This document shows, piece by piece, positions 12,696-24,817 of a stretch of 64,000 nt of DNA. Position numbers and translations under genes: made by a program. The stretch is from Octopus vulgaris. Its lineage: Eukaryota. Within the stretch, counting starts at the first letter, position 1. Each line of letters opens with the position of its first letter. The notes under the pieces were generated by a model that saw only the letters and a program-made list of their open reading frames with translations, had not been told where the DNA came from and did not search any database. The stretch is taken from NCBI GenBank assembly GCA_951406725.2, contig OX597837.1:14818001-14882000 (forward strand), in the 5' to 3' direction.

Positions 12696-13098
12696 CTAGC
12701 AGTATCGCCCGGCGTTGCTCGGGTTTGTAAGGGAAATAACTATATAAGCATCTTTAGAGATGTAAAGTATAATAGCCATCTCAATATGGCTAACCACAAA
12801 GGGGGGGGAGGGGGTTACTGTAGCTTTTTACGTTCTGAGATTTAATAATACATTTTTAGAGAGTTACTTCCCTTATATAATAGCAAAAAAAATGCATTAA
12901 AAAATGGGAAAAAATGATGGTAAATTTTTTTTTAAATCGTAGACTCATCCTAGACGCGCACTAATACCCAGAAGGGCTCGATATGAATCACGACTATAAG
13001 ATACCCAGTTTTGGTTAAACTGCACCGCAAAATGTGGGAGTAGTTAGGAATCTAAATCATAGGAGACAGACACAGAACTTGACTTTTATATATAAAGG
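12696..13098 (-). mobile_element. Non-autonomous Helitron
   Basis: On the minus strand ends with hairpin cccgagcaacgccggg and CTAG|T; 5' end like that of the 13683-14065 copy; no TSD. Confidence 0.8.
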
Positions 13099-13682
13099 TA
13101 TTCATGTGCAGGCTGTTCCATTGATTGGATCAACAGGAACCCTCATTGTCGTAACCGACGGAGTGACGAAGAAGATGTATATGTGTTTGTGTATGTGTGT
13201 ACACAGACACACATGCAAGACAGGTTCTATTCAGTTTCCATCTACCAAATCCACTCACAAAGTTTCGGTCAGCCCACGGCTGTAGAAGAAATCATTTGCC
13301 CTTGCTCAAGCTGCTGTACCGTAGGCTTGAACCTGAAACCACGTGGTTAGGAAGCAAGCTTCTCAAAGGCACAGCCACACTTCTGCTTTCACAGACAATT
13401 AATCCAAATTACCAAACCCACTAATTATCTGCTATTATAGAGAAGTACATGTAAACTTGGTATCACTAACTTGGTACCATTCAGCTGTCATCAAATGTCA
13501 ACGAACAACAGCTTTGCAGTCTTGTATTCTTTTACTCCTTGCAGTCATTGGTGCATGGCCATACTGGGGCAACACCTTTTAAGGCTTTAGCAGACCTGGT
13601 ATTTCATTACTTGTTAAATGTTTTGTTATAAAAGGCTACACTGACATACTTAGGCACACACACATCCATCTATATATATATA

Positions 13683-14065
13683 CTAGCAGTATCGCCCGGC
13701 GTTGCTCGGGTTTGTAAGGGAAATAACTATATAAACATTTTTAGAGTTATAGCAAAAAAATGCATTAAAAATGGAAAAAAAATTATGGTAAATTTTTTTT
13801 TAAATCGTTGACTCATCGTAGACATTTTTAGAGTTATTTCCCTTATATAATAGCGAAAAGATGCATTAAAATGGAAAAACATGATGGTAAATTATTTTTA
13901 AAATCGTAGACTCATCGTAGACGCGCACTAATACCCAGAAGGGCTCGATATGAATCACAACTATAAGATACCCGCTTTTGGTTAAACTGCACCGCAAAAT
14001 GTGGGAGTAGTTAGGAATCTAAATCGTAGGAGACAGACACACAACTTGACTTTTATATATAAAGA
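13683..14065 (-). mobile_element. Non-autonomous Helitron, same family
   Basis: A|TC...hairpin...CTAG|T termini on the minus strand; highly similar to 12696-13098. Confidence 0.85.
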
Positions 14066-15899
14066 TATCATCATCGTTTAAAGTCCGCTTTCCGTACTAG
14101 CATGGGTTGGACGGTCCGATTGGGGTCTGGGAAGCCAGGAGGCTGCACCAGACCGTCTGATCTGGCAATGTTTCTATAGCTGTATGCCCTGCCTAACGCC
14201 AACCAATTTTTTTCTACTCTAGGCACAAGGCCTGAAATTTTGGTGGATGGGGTCAGTCGATTAGATCGACCCCAGAACACAACTGGTACTTTATTTATCG
14301 ACCCCGAAAAGATGAAAGGCAAAGTCGACCTCAGTGGAATTTGAACTCAGACTGTAAAGACAGACGAAATACCACTAACCATAACTTAGGGAGGTGGGCA
14401 CATTTGGGCCCTCTGTATAGTCTTGGGAGTTGGGCGGGTCTGCTGTATAGGGTTGGGAGCTGAAGGTGGGGCACCAGACTCAAGGGTTACCCCAGGCAGC
14501 ACATGTTCTTGTAACACTGTTGTGTTGAAGGCAGCCATAATCAATACAGAAGAAACCAGTTGGTAGGTAAGGGGAGAGAGAGGTGAGTAGGTCGGTAATC
14601 CACTGACTGTTTGATCAGGGCTGACTAAACAACAAAACTACCAAGCTGTTTGCGAGACATTGTAAGGCTTTCTTCTTCTTTTGCTTAGCTTTCAATCATA
14701 AAGATTATTATTCACGCTCTCATGGAGCCTTAGATAACTGGGGGAAGGAGGAGGAGGTAATGGAATGAAGGCGGCGACGGCAGCAAAACTGGGTTAGGGT
14801 TTGGGTTTACTGGCAACTTGCCTCAGTATATTAATAGTAGTAGTAATAATAATAATAATCCTTGCTATTATAGGCTCAAGGTCTAAGACTTTAGGGGAGG
14901 GGATAGTCAGTTCCATCAATCCTAGAGTACAAATAATGCTTATTTTATCAACCCCAAAAGGATGAAAGCCAACCTCAGCAGCATTTGAACTCAGAACTTC
15001 AGAATACTAATAATAATAATAACCCTTTCTACTATGGGCAAAAGGCCTGAAATTTTGTGGTGGGGGATAGTCGATAACATCTACCTCAGTACACAACTGG
15101 TACTGATTTTATTGACCCCTACAAGATAAAAGGTAAAGTCGACCTTGACAGAATTTGAACTCAGAACATAGCGATAGGCAAAATACCGCGAAGCATTTTG
15201 CCCTTAATGCTACTGATGCTGCAAGGTAGCCACCTTCCGAATAATAATAATTACTTCTAACTGAGGCACAAGGGCTGAAATTTGTGGCGGGGTGGAGGTT
15301 ACCTAACCAAAATTTGATTAGTTTTTTGTTTCATCAACCCTGAAAGGCCGAGTTGACCTCAGGAGAAATTGAACACATAATAATAATAATAATAATCGTT
15401 TAATGTCCGTTTTCCATGCTGGTATGGTTTGGACGGTTCAACTGGGGTCTGGGAAACCAGGAGGCTGCACCAGGCTCCAGTCTGATCTGGCAGTGTTTCT
15501 ACAGCTGGATGCCCTTCCTAATGCCAACCACTCCATGAGTGTAGTGGGTGCTTTTACGTGCCAATAGCACAGAGGCCAGAGGAGGCTGGCAAACGGCCAT
15601 GACCGGATGGTGCTTTTTACGTGTCACCTGCACAGGTGTCTTAACTACAATTTCCATTTGATTTTTATTTTGATGTTGGTGTTGATGTACTTGACTCAAT
15701 ACTATAATAATAATAATTCTTTCTATCAATTTCAACATCTGAGTGTTTGAAGGAAAGGATTATAAAAAAATATATGCTGCATCTTATTTGTAATGGATGA
15801 ATGAATGTAACTCAAGATCAGGTTTCGATTTTGCTATGAAGTCACAATGGTGATTTTGATTTTACCTGCAATTGGACAAAAATGTGTCTGTTGATTCCA

Positions 15900-16540
15900 G
15901 AACAAAACTCTTTGTTGTTCTGTTTCTTCATCTCAAATTCTTTCGATGCATCATGACACATTTTACACCACTCAGATCAATCTAAGCAACAACCTTCCCC
16001 AAGCAGTAAAGATTTTAGCGATTGCTCCAACTTGGCCTTATACCTTAGCAGGGGTCTTCCTTTACTGCTGAATCCCTCTACTTATTGGCCTTTCAAAAGA
16101 ATTTTCAGAATGCGATCGTGTTGCATTTGAGCGACGTCTCCTGCCCATTTGCACCGAATTCTCAACAGCAGGCTTTCAATACTGGGGATATCACATTTTT
16201 CTAAAAATTTTGACATCTAATATCTTATCTTGCCATTTTATGTTGAAGATATTGCACAAAGAATGCCTATGAAGAGCTTCAAGTTTCTTTACATGTCTGT
16301 CGTAGGGAGTCCATGCTTCAGCCCCATAGAAAAGTGTGTTCAAAATACAAGATTTCTACAGGATTATATTAGTTTTCAAACTAACATCAGGTTCATCACA
16401 GAAACGATGAGAATGTTTATCGAAAAGCATTTGTAGTCTTAGAAACTCTCTAACTTTGGTTTCACCATGAAGACAACTCTTAAAGCTTTCCATACTTCAA
16501 AGATATTCAAATGACCTGACCCATTTCAGTGAATCTGGTC
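15900..16540 (-). mobile_element. Old RTE (BovB-like) LINE 3' fragment
   Basis: Minus-strand translation LFYGAEAWTPYDRHVKKLEALH...NIKWQDKI...IPSIESLL...WAGDVAQM...GRPLLRYK, with stops and frameshifts. Confidence 0.8.
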
Positions 16541-17493
16541 ATTTAAATCATCATCATCATCATCATTGTTTAACGTCCGTTTTCCATGCTGGCATGGGTT
16601 GGACGGTTCGACTGGGGACTGGGAAGCCAGGAGGCTGCACCAGGCTCCAGTCTTATCTGGCAATGTTTCTACAGCTGGATGCCCTTCCTAACGCCAACCA
16701 CTCCGTGAGTATAGTGGGTGCTTTTTACGTGCCACCTGCACAGGTGCCAGGTGAGGCTGGCAACGGCCACGATCGGATTGGTACATTTTACGTGCCACCG
16801 GCATGGAAGCCAGTCTAGGCGGCGCTGGCATCGGCCACCTTCAGATAACAACAACAACAAAATCCTCTAACACAGCCATAAGATCACATACATCTTTTGA
16901 GGAGGAGTGGATAAGGAATGGCTTTTGAGCCAACAATATTAGCTGAAGAGAATATACCTCGTTAAGGGCAGGCATCATCAGCATCATACATGCATAATAC
17001 AGTGATTAGAAAAACTAATCAACTGAGAAGATTCAAGCAGTTAGTAATTAGAAATTCCTGATCAGGTGCAAAGCTTATGAAGCTTCTTGCTCCAGTTTCT
17101 CTAACAAAACAGGTTTCACTTCAGCTTCACGGTTGAGTGGTCACCAATGACAAAAAAGAAAAAAAAGGCCAGTTCTACTTGAAGCAAAAAACCATCCGTC
17201 CCATCCCTGTTTTAATGTGTGGTGTGTATTGGAGCAGAAAACATTATTTTGGTTGTTTGTTTGAAATTATTATTTATGTTCAGCAGATAAAACTGATAAA
17301 GTGCTAGATTGACTAGAATAGGTTACTAATAGCTAAATAAGTAGATGTTTAGGTAAATAATATTTGAATAAAGAATAATGAGAATTTCTTTTACCTGGTG
17401 ACTGATCAGTTGGTGGTTTAGGCTGAGTAATAAATATGGTTATTTGGCTGTTGACTCTGAACCTACAGCAAAGAGAGACAGGCTACCCATAAA

Positions 17494-17891
17494 TCTCTCT
17501 ATATATATACAAAGCTGAAGTTGTCTGTGTGTGGCAGGTTTGGTAGCCTTCAACTAAAACTATCTCCTCCGAGACCCTGCAGTGCAAGTTGACCAAAATT
17601 GAGAATATGATAGAAGAAGGCTTACTCTTCCTTCCATAGAAGAAAAAATTCAAATCGGACCATGTTAACACCAAAAATTATTTACATCAAAAAGGTGCCC
17701 TTTTTTTCTATGAAAATCCCTATTTTTTACGATTTTTTGACTGCTGTGTCGCCATTTTTCGGTGTATTTCAATCACAAAAATGTTCACTTAAAGAGAATA
17801 ACAAGCTACATAATGCAAAATTTTTACTTTTCAAAAATTCTGATTCTAAAGGGTCGAAACAAACCCGAGCAACGCCGGGTGATACTGCTAG
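17494..17891 (+). mobile_element. Non-autonomous Helitron with the same 3' end but a different body
   Basis: A|TC start, hairpin at 17864-17879, CTAG|T end. Confidence 0.85.
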
Positions 17892-18819
17892 TATATATAC
17901 AAATTTCTTTTACCTGGTCTTAGGTCACACAGCTTGACTCCAAAAGGATGAAAGGCAAAGTCGACTTCAGCAGAGTTTGAACTCAGAATATATGTTGACT
18001 CTGGTAAGAATTGAACCTACAGCAAAGAAGTATAGATCACATGTAAATAAACCACATTGTAAGCCCCTGTTTTCATTCAGTCACCAAAGTTGAGCAACAA
18101 GGAACCCAGTAAGAATTCAATGTGAATGGTTGTTTGGTAAGTGTAGGTCCTGGAAGCATTGCTTGGCTGTGTGATTAAGAATCTCACTTCGCAACCTCAT
18201 GGTTTGGAGTTCAGTCCCACTATGTGGCACCTTGGGCAAGTGTCTTCTACTATAGCCCTGGGTCAACCAATGTCTTGTGAGTAGACAGAAACTGTGTAGA
18301 AGCCCATCGTGTGTGTGAACAAAAAATATAATTGTGTGTGTGTTTGTGTTTGTTCTGCCCTTCCTAACACTTGACAACTGGTGTTGGTTCGTTTATGTCC
18401 CCATAACTTACGAGTTCAGCAGAAGAGACCACTATAAGTTCCAGAGTTAAAAATAAATACTAGGGGCCACTTTATTCATCTAAACCCATCTCGGTGGTGT
18501 CCCAGCATAACTGCAGTCCAATGATAAGAAATATAAAATTTAGATAAATAATTGTTTCTGTTTAAGACATCAGGCCATCAATTTTTGAGGGGAGGGGCAT
18601 TAAATGATTACATTGACCCATTATTGGATAGAGACTTTATTTTATCAATCCTGGGGAGATAAAAGGCAAAGTGAACTTCAGTAGGATTTGAACTCATGAA
18701 CCAGAAAAAATGCTACGAAACATTTTTTTCCAACACTTTAATGATTCCGCCAATCCACTGTCCTTAATTGGATAAATAAATCCGTATATGGCTATGGTAT
18801 GTCCATACTTAGGGTTTAC

Positions 18820-19380
18820 ATCACACGTCTAGAACATCTATCATGGTCAACAGATCAATCTTTGGGAAACTGTTTCAGAAAAGTGCAACCAGATGACCAC
18901 CCCCCATCAGGCATCTACCATACTCTGAACGTCTTGCTTCCCTGGGCAGGAACACATCAAAGCTCAGATGTCTGGCAACTGACTTGGCAGACATCCACAA
19001 GATTATCCACCATCTTCCCAACAACAACAACCTTGGGCACCATTTTTGATTTTCGTATATTTAACCCTCATGACTTTCAGAAACATTTTTTGTTTTTCAC
19101 TCTCAGAGTTGCTCAAGCATGAAATAAACTACTTCCATGCATCAGTTGTTAGCTGCCACGACCCTACATTTTTCAAGATTTCCATGCTTCCTGAAATTCA
19201 TCAACACTACACCTGATTTCCCCTCCCCTCGTTTCTTCTTCTTCCCTGTTTTTTTTTAAGACTCATTTACCGTTCATTTCCTGTGCATCAGTCTACGTCC
19301 TGTTCATGCACTCTTGGCAACTTTTTCTAATGAATTACAGTGTACCTGAGAGGTGTATACAATAAGTTCATTGTATTATA
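18820..19380 (+). mobile_element. CR1-group LINE 3' fragment
   Basis: IRHLPYSERLASLG...ATDLADIHKII...FFTLRV; homologous to 45660-46140; its 3' tail recurs at ~28690-28795 and ~33845-33925. Confidence 0.8.
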
Positions 19381-20385
19381 ACATTTGTCCATTTCTTTTA
19401 CCTGGCCACAGGTGACATAACCTGTTTAGGTTGGGGAATAAATATAATTATCTGGGTGTTGGCTCTGGTAAGAATTGAACCCACAATGAAGAGGAATAGC
19501 TTACATACACCTAAATAAGCAGATGTTTCAGTACAGAGTACTTGACTAAATAATAACGTAATTCTTGAATCCTGGTCCCAGGTTACACAACCAATTTAAG
19601 TTGAGTAATAAACAGAAGTGTGAAGGCACGTGGTCTGGTGGTTAGGGTGTTGGGCTTGCAGTCATAAGATCATGGTTTCAAGTACCGAACCGAGCAATGC
19701 ATTGTTCTTTAGTAAAACACTTCATCTCACATTGCTCCACTCCTGTGCACTCAAGGTCAATGGAATAAGTACCAGTTGTGTACTGGGGTTGATGCACTCA
19801 ACTTGCCCATCCCCTCAGAATTACTGACCATGTGTGAAAAACTAGAAAGAATTATTTATTTATTTATTTATTTATTTAAGGTGACAGAATTGTTAGCATG
19901 TTGGACAAAATGTTGGGCATTATTTCTTCTGTCTTTTCACGTTCAAAGTTCAAATGACACCGACATCATCTTCACCTTTCATCTTTTCACAGAATATTGA
20001 AATAAGTACCAGTCATGTACTGGGGGTTGGTCTAATTAACTAGTTTCCTCCCACCAAAATTTCAGGCCTTGTGCCTAAAACAAAATCAATTATTTATTTA
20101 TTCATTTATTTATTTTGTAATGTCTGAAAATTCCTGAACCAAAATGAAAATAGAATTTCCTACAAAAATGTCATTGATAAGAAAGTAAGAATGAAAATAG
20201 CAACATAACCAGACAAGTGCCAAAGAAGGTATTTGGTTCTTACATTGGCAAAAGGCCTCGAATTTGGAGGAGAGGTACCGCCAACCTTTGTGCTTTATCC
20301 TAGAAAAATCCTAGAAAAATCAAAGACAAAACTGAATCCCATGGAGACCAGTTTTTCAACTTTGCTTTTCATCATTCTAGTGTCA

Positions 20386-20918
20386 TTAACCCTTTGGCAT
20401 TTAAAGAGGGTAAGGGTAAAGACCCCCTTCGGTCATGAATGACCATGGGATTGCACCTAGAAAGTTACCCTCCTAGACACAAGTCCGGGCAAGGTTGTTT
20501 ATGGAAGACCATCATTCGCCCATGCATACCAGCCTCCCCTCTCCACGCCACCAGTGTTATCCAAGGGAAAGACAAAGGTCGATACAGCTTGGCACCTGTG
20601 ACGTCGCAACTCATTTCTACAGCTGAGTGAACTGGAGCAACGTGAAATAAAGTGTCTTGCTCAAGAACACAACACACAGCCCGGTCCGGGATTCGAGCTC
20701 ACAACCTCACGATCGTAAGCTCGACGCTCTAACCACTGAGCCATGCGCCTTCACATGCGCCTTTGGCATTTAAACCAACCATATCGAGGGCCAAATATTC
20801 AGCCAGCTTTATGTTCAAACCAGTCAGATCCAGCTTATCACACCTACCCTACAATGTCATTTTAAAAGTAAATAATCACATCATTGAAATCTTAAAACTG
20901 TGAGATAATGCATGATTA
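20386..20918 (+). mobile_element. piggyBac-like MITE (TTAA-CCCTTT terminus) hosting two nested insertions; resumes at 22027-22055
   Basis: ttaaccctttggcatttaaacc...cacacctaccctacaatgtcatt. Same family at ~11590-11810, 40400-40572, 41460-41566, 49355-49553; a second TTAA-type family at ~2932-3090. Confidence 0.7.
20406..20759 (-). mobile_element. Young tRNA-derived SINE family C with 15-bp TSD
   Basis: Reverse complement: ggcgcatggctcagtggttagagcgtcg...tcgaatcccgg; TSD cctttggcatttaaa at 20391-20405 and 20760-20774. Related copies at ~31490-31725(-), 49745-50060, 19620-19740. Confidence 0.88.
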
Positions 20919-20963
20919 CATTATTTACATTTGACGGATATTTGTCCTCATCTTGTTTGTTGT

Positions 20964-21008
20964 TAACACGATTCGCCTGATATACCCTCCAGCCTTCATC
21001 AGGTATCT
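20964..21008 (-). ncRNA. Degenerate hammerhead copy in the left arm
   Basis: Reverse complement reads gatac-CTGATGA-A-GGCTG...CAGGC-GAAT-cgtgtt; CUGAUGA is intact while stem II and GAAA are damaged. Confidence 0.55.
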
Positions 21009-21258
21009 TGGGGAAATTTTGAACCTGGGTTTTCATTCCTAAGGTATTTTTTGATGTTATTATTATTATTATTGTTATTATTATTCAGGTCACTGCCTGG
21101 AATTGAAATTGGAATCTTGGTGTTAGTAGTCCACGCTCTTAACCACTATGGGCATAAGGCATAGTGGTTTAGAGCACAGGCTACTAACCCCAAGATTCCG
21201 AGTTCGATTCCAGGCAGTGACCTGAATAATATTAATAATAATAATAATAATAATAATA

Positions 21259-21813
21259 CCCTGATGCAGTACCAGGCAGTGGCTCTCATGGCTTCTGATC
21301 TTAACTGATTGGAAGTGTTATCATGTACATTATTTTATCTTGGTATAAAAGATGGGCTACAGCAAATATTCTGCTCAATACCACAGATTTGCTTGTCAGT
21401 TGTTTGACCTTAACCGGTTGAGCATGTCCCTTAGTGGCTGACGATGTGTGCATCTCTGGTCACGAGCAGAAGTAGTGGGGGAGCATCATAGTCATGTGTT
21501 GAGAGGGATTCTTAGGGGTTTGAATAATTCACCTCTGGAAAGATGGGTGTTTCATTCAACATCCTTAAACAACTCTTATTCAGGGACCTTTTGAGTGGGA
21601 TGGGTTACTCAACCTGAAGAAAAAATTCTAACTGGGCCCCACCTGCAAGGTCATGTGCTGTTTATCTTGATATGAGATCACCATGTCGCGCACATATGGT
21701 TGTGATGCATGTGCCTGGTGTACCCTTATCAGACGGGTAGTCATGATGGGTATACTGGGCTTCGTATATTTTACCCCAGTGTCACTTTGATGGCATGCAC
21801 TGCTCTCTCACTC
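21259..21813 (+). mobile_element. ~555-bp non-coding insertion in the (AAT)n spacer of the right arm
   Basis: Absent from the left arm and bounded by (AAT)n on both sides, as expected for a TAA-repeat-targeting (Dong/R4-like) retroelement end or its SINE (family is inference). Confidence 0.6.
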
Positions 21814-21844
<31 letters not shown>

Positions 21845-21891
21845 TGGAAAAATACCTTAGGAATGAGAACCCAGGTTCAAAATTTCCCCAA

Positions 21892-21937
21892 GACACCTGA
21901 AGAAGGCTGGAGGGTATATCAGCCGAAATGTTGTGTT
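21892..21937 (+). ncRNA. Minimal type-I hammerhead ribozyme motif (Penelope-type)
   Basis: GACAC-CTGAAGA-A-GGCTG(gagggtatat)CAGCC-GAAA-TG-TT-GTGTT: stem I, core, stem II, GAAA and vestigial helix III. Confidence 0.7.
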
Positions 21938-22599
21938 AACAACAAACAAGATGAGGACAAATATCCGTCAAATGTAAATAGTGTAAATAATGTAAATAAT
22001 TCCTCATTTGTTAAATATAGAACTGTATAATGCATGATTAGTTCAAAATAATTGTGGCTGTGTGGTAAGAAGTTTGCTTCTCAACTTCGTAGTTCTGGGT
22101 TCAGTTCCACACCATGGTACCTTGGGCGAGTGTTTTCTACTATAGAAAAGTGAACATATGATGACGACGAAGATGATGATGACGATGATGATGATGTGAT
22201 CACAAGAGCATAAACATACAGGTCTCCACGGCAGATTGTACTAGTGGACCACAAACCACATAAGTATACGCCACACACCACACAATAATATGTGCCACTA
22301 AACTGCAATAGTATAAACGTTACCATGGCAATACATACCACTAGGCCATAATAACAATACCACCGAGTGCTAACACATACCACTATCACCATGAGAGTAT
22401 ATGGCCCTGGGATGCAACATCGTAAATAACCACACAAAGGCTACAATGCAATCCACTTCCCTTTAAACAATGCACAATGGGTCCTTCGTGAGGGTTCCCT
22501 AAAGCGTTATTACTACTGTAAGTAGCAATTATTATGAAACCTAAGATTCAAATAGTAGATTAATAACAGAGATACCTTACTTTCAGCAACAAGATACCC

Positions 22600-23096
22600 G
22601 CTAACACCCGTACCCCGATACTAACGAATACCTGGTTTCGTTTTCGACTGCCCTGACATCGTTCACAGAGAGAGAGCCACAAAGAGCAAAGAGAGGGTGG
22701 TGTCCCTACTGCTCTTCGAGTCTACTTCTAAAAAATCGACTGCCCTCTGTCTCCACTGCAAACCTACTGCTGCTCTCTGAACAAGGCTGCAAAGCTCCTA
22801 CTGTTTGTTATACTTGCTGGGCAGGTGGAATTTCCTCTTCCCTTCGCTGATATATATTTATCTGTCTGGTCTCTTCTCGTTTTTTTCCCTCTCTCTTTCA
22901 TTCTCCGCCGTTTGTCTGTCTCGTCACTTGTGTTGTGTTTTTGCTTCGGGAAGAATCTAACTTCTAATCAGACATATTGATTAGTCTCCGTCTAGAATCG
23001 CTGCCGTTTTGCTGCTTTTGCCTATTCTACTCTCTCTCTCTCTCTGTATTTAAGGACCGATATCTCATACTTATGACCATGGAATTCAAAAAAGGG
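22600..23096 (+). promoter_or_regulatory. Putative promoter/first exon of a second, unidentified gene
   Basis: Unique, CpG-retaining, CT-rich sequence free of the common repeats, ending in a strong donor GGG|gtgagt at 23096/23097; the following ~2 kb is also CpG-rich. Confidence 0.55.
23073..23096 (+). CDS. Short ATG-initiated frame MTMEFKKG at the end of the first exon (N-terminus or uORF)
   Basis: ATG ACC ATG GAA TTC AAA AAA GGG|gtgagt, phase 0. Confidence 0.35.
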
Positions 23097-23276
23097 GTGA
23101 GTAAAGAAACCGCTTCATTTTATAACAGTATTCGACCGATAATTGACATTTTTTCTTTTTACAGCTTTCTCTCATTCTTCACACTTCGATACACCCAAAA
23201 GAACAAGCACGGACACACGAAACACAAGCAATTCTTATATATTTATTCATATAAACACACATTATATAAATATATG

Positions 23277-23317
<41 letters not shown>

Positions 23318-24778
23318 ATGTATAAAGTGCTAGAATTATCTAATTGCTGGTGCGCGTAATTGTTCCCACTTTGTAGAGAACAAACAGTTTGCCCTCGGAT
23401 GTTCCCCTTCGGTTGTTAGGCTTATTTTCGGAGGGAAATCTATAAAAAAAAAAGAAGCCAATCAGTCTATTTAGGGGTATAATTTGTATCTTTCAGAATA
23501 TTTCCCTTCACCTGACGAACAGCCAAGTCTGTCTTTTTTTTACCTGTAGCTTGACAATCTTCACTTTGGCGAACACTTAATCATTTCTTGGTCATTTTTC
23601 AAATACCTTCTTAATGCTGTTAATTAACACCTGAATAATTATCATTACCTCTCGGTGTAATTAATTTTCACAGTTCATGTTCATAACCAAACAATTTCTC
23701 TCTCTCTCTCTCTCAACTCTGATTTAATATTTAGCTATACACTCTACGCAACGTATTGAGTTCTTCGCCAGATGTTTGCACTAACTTTGATATATTATTA
23801 ATTTAATTGATATATTTGTTACATCACTTCTCTCTCTCTCTATATATATATGTATATATATCTATCTATATATATATATATTATTTATTTATTTATGGTA
23901 ACGTTGCCCTTTTTAATACCCCCTACACACAGCTACGGGTACCTTTTAGCATTTCTTCTTCTTAGTTTTTGCATTGAAGCTAGCAAGGCAAAACTTATTC
24001 ATGGACATAACGCAATTATACGAGTCATGTGTGTACAGTACACCCCAAATGTGTAGATGTATGCGCACATATATATATATATATATGTGTGTATATTGCA
24101 TTTTCTTATTTATACATTATGTGCGCGAGACGTGTGTGTATATATATATGTGTGTGTGGGTGTATTGTTCATATATATATGTGTGTATATGTATTATTCA
24201 TATGTGTGTGTGTATGTGCGAATGACAAACACTTGTCTAGTGATGGCGGCAAAGACAGCCTTACTCTCTCTCTCATTCTCGCCAGACTGTTTATTCACAG
24301 ACAGTCGTTATTAAGATGAACCGACCGAACCCCCACCCCTTCCGTCCCACCGCATCTAACTCTATTAACTACAACAACATCCTGGGGCCTCAAGTATCTT
24401 CCCCAGTCCCCCCTCCCCTCACATCCTCCATACCCTACCCCCCTCCAACCCCGGCTGCCAGGGTTTTGGGGGGTTTTTTTCTTTTCCTTTTTTGACGTTT
24501 CTCACCTTCAAAAAACCAACCACACCAAATCAAACTCGCAGACTTTCATTGTTTTGAAGCCTTTCCCCTACTCCACCCCTTTATTTTTTCCTTTCCTTAC
24601 CCTTTAGATCACCAAGTTTGTTATTTGGCCTTTGTTCCCCCCCCCCCGGCTTTCCAATAAATTGGGCCAGCAATTCCGCGCGCACATGTCTCGGGGTGTG
24701 AATGGAAAAGACAGAATTGTGTGTGAGTGTATATATATATATAATATGGCACACAAATTAAAACTCTCTCTCTATATG

Positions 24779-24815
<37 letters not shown>

Positions 24816-24817
<2 letters not shown>

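Larger units (their letters stand above)
20919..22026. mobile_element. Head-to-head inverted dimer of a tRNA-head/(AAT)n/hammerhead element (Penelope pLTR-like), flanked by a 14-bp TSD
   Basis: ataatgcatgatta at 20905-20918 and 22027-22040; the left arm 20919-21150 is the reverse complement of the right arm 21158-21257 plus 21814-21990. Confidence 0.85.

Noticed and set aside
21158-21225. Functional tRNA gene (also the heads of the SINE families)
   Set aside because: No proper acceptor stem; embedded as a repeat head.
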